Assembly (NCBI GenBank): GCA_965226885.1 | Contig: CBDDEL010000016.1 | Location: 160,001-224,000 of the forward strand | DNA length: 64,000 nt | Origin: Opitutales bacterium | GTDB taxonomy: Bacteria; Verrucomicrobiota; Verrucomicrobiia; Opitutales; UBA2987 | Direction: 5' to 3' | In this document: positions 63,230 to 64,000 of the stretch, piece by piece | How the letters are laid out: each line of letters starts with the position of its first letter | How positions within the stretch are numbered: position 1 is the stretch's first letter | Program-made: the position numbers and the translations under genes | Notes under the pieces: generated by a model | Databases searched by the model: none | Seen by the model: the letters and a program-made list of their open reading frames with translations, nothing else | Told to the model about the DNA's origin: nothing

Positions 63230-64000
63230 GTGTTCGAGCAAATTACCATTCTCGCGCCGGGTCTGCTGGGGGCTTCCTTGGCGGCGGCGGTAAAAGACCG
63301 GCAATTAGCCAGACAAACGGTTATCTGGGCCCGGCGGGCGGAAACACGGATTGCCTGCTCGGACAAATCCTGGTGCGACGCGGTAGCGGCTTCCCCGCAG
63401 GAAGCGGTGGACGAGGCAGATCTGGTGGTGGTTTGCAGCCCGGTGGAAACTATCCACCCTCTGGTCGTGGGCATCGCCCCTCATTTAAAAGACGGCGCCC
63501 TTGTTACGGACGTTGGCAGCACCAAGAGCCTGATAGCCCGTTACTGCCACACGGTCATGCCAAAAGGCAGGCAATTCATCGGCTCCCACCCCATGGCCGG
63601 TTCTGAAAAAAGCGGCCTGGCCCATGCCCGCAAGGACCTCTTTCGCGGAAAAACTTGTTTTGTCACTCCTCTTGTCGATAGCGACGAGCAAGCCGTGGAA
63701 ACCATTCTCAATTTCTGGAAAGACCTGGATATGGAAGTCGCTTCAGTTTCCCCAGAAAGGCATGACGAAATTGTGGCCCACATCAGCCACCTGCCTCATG
63801 TGCTGGCTTCCGTCCTCTGTTCTTTTCTATCGACCAAAGATTCCGGCTGGCTTAATTTTGCCGGCAACGGTTTGCGGGACAGCACGCGCGTGGCGGCTGG
63901 CAGCCCGGCCATTTGGAAATCGATATTTGAGCAGAATCGGGAGGAGATCGCACGGGCCATCGACCAGTTTGAGAACGAATTGCAGTCTCTCAAATCGGCC
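63230..64000 (+). CDS. tyrA: Prephenate/arogenate dehydrogenase, partial (runs off the window end)
   Basis: Manual translation from GTG 63230: FEQITILAPGLLGAS, TDVGSTK, HPMAGSEKSG, HDEIVAHISHLPH, GLRDSTRVA. Confidence 0.9.
   Translation, partial: MFEQITILAPGLLGASLAAAVKDRQLARQTVIWARRAETRIACSDKSWCDAVAASPQEAVDEADLVVVCSPVETIHPLVVGIAPHLKDGALVTDVGSTKSLIARYCHTVMPKGRQFIGSHPMAGSEKSGLAHARKDLFRGKTCFVTPLVDSDEQAVETILNFWKDLDMEVASVSPERHDEIVAHISHLPHVLASVLCSFLSTKDSGWLNFAGNGLRDSTRVAAGSPAIWKSIFEQNREEIARAIDQFENELQSLKSA

Overview
Bacterial chromosomal window, probably from a Verrucomicrobiota (Opitutales-like) genome; the taxonomy is inferred from pilin, thrS and neighbouring gene style. About 23 kb (roughly a third) is insertion sequence: 17 copies plus fragments of 8 elements from 6 families (IS1380 x3, IS630 x2, IS21, two IS3 types x2 and x3, two IS1 types x3 and x1, ISNCY/IS5-like x2). 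Housekeeping genes are intact (hemB, cysS, thrS, ctaA, cyoE, proC, tyrA, tRNA-Gln, tRNA-Val, a sugar ABC transporter, a type IV pilin). About ten accessory genes are broken by IS insertions, frameshifts or nonsense codons, a pattern typical of early genome erosion. The main observations are: (1) a 23-aa threonine-rich leader peptide with a terminator/antiterminator pair upstream of thrS; (2) an AT-rich three-gene pilus-like operon that can be reassembled from pieces spread over 2-19 kb by removing the IS elements at their target duplications; (3) about eleven exact 7-25 bp tandem duplications, several absent from sister IS copies; (4) a type IV pilin followed by a GT-C / methyltransferase / MTase-GT2 cluster that looks like a pilin glycosylation locus.
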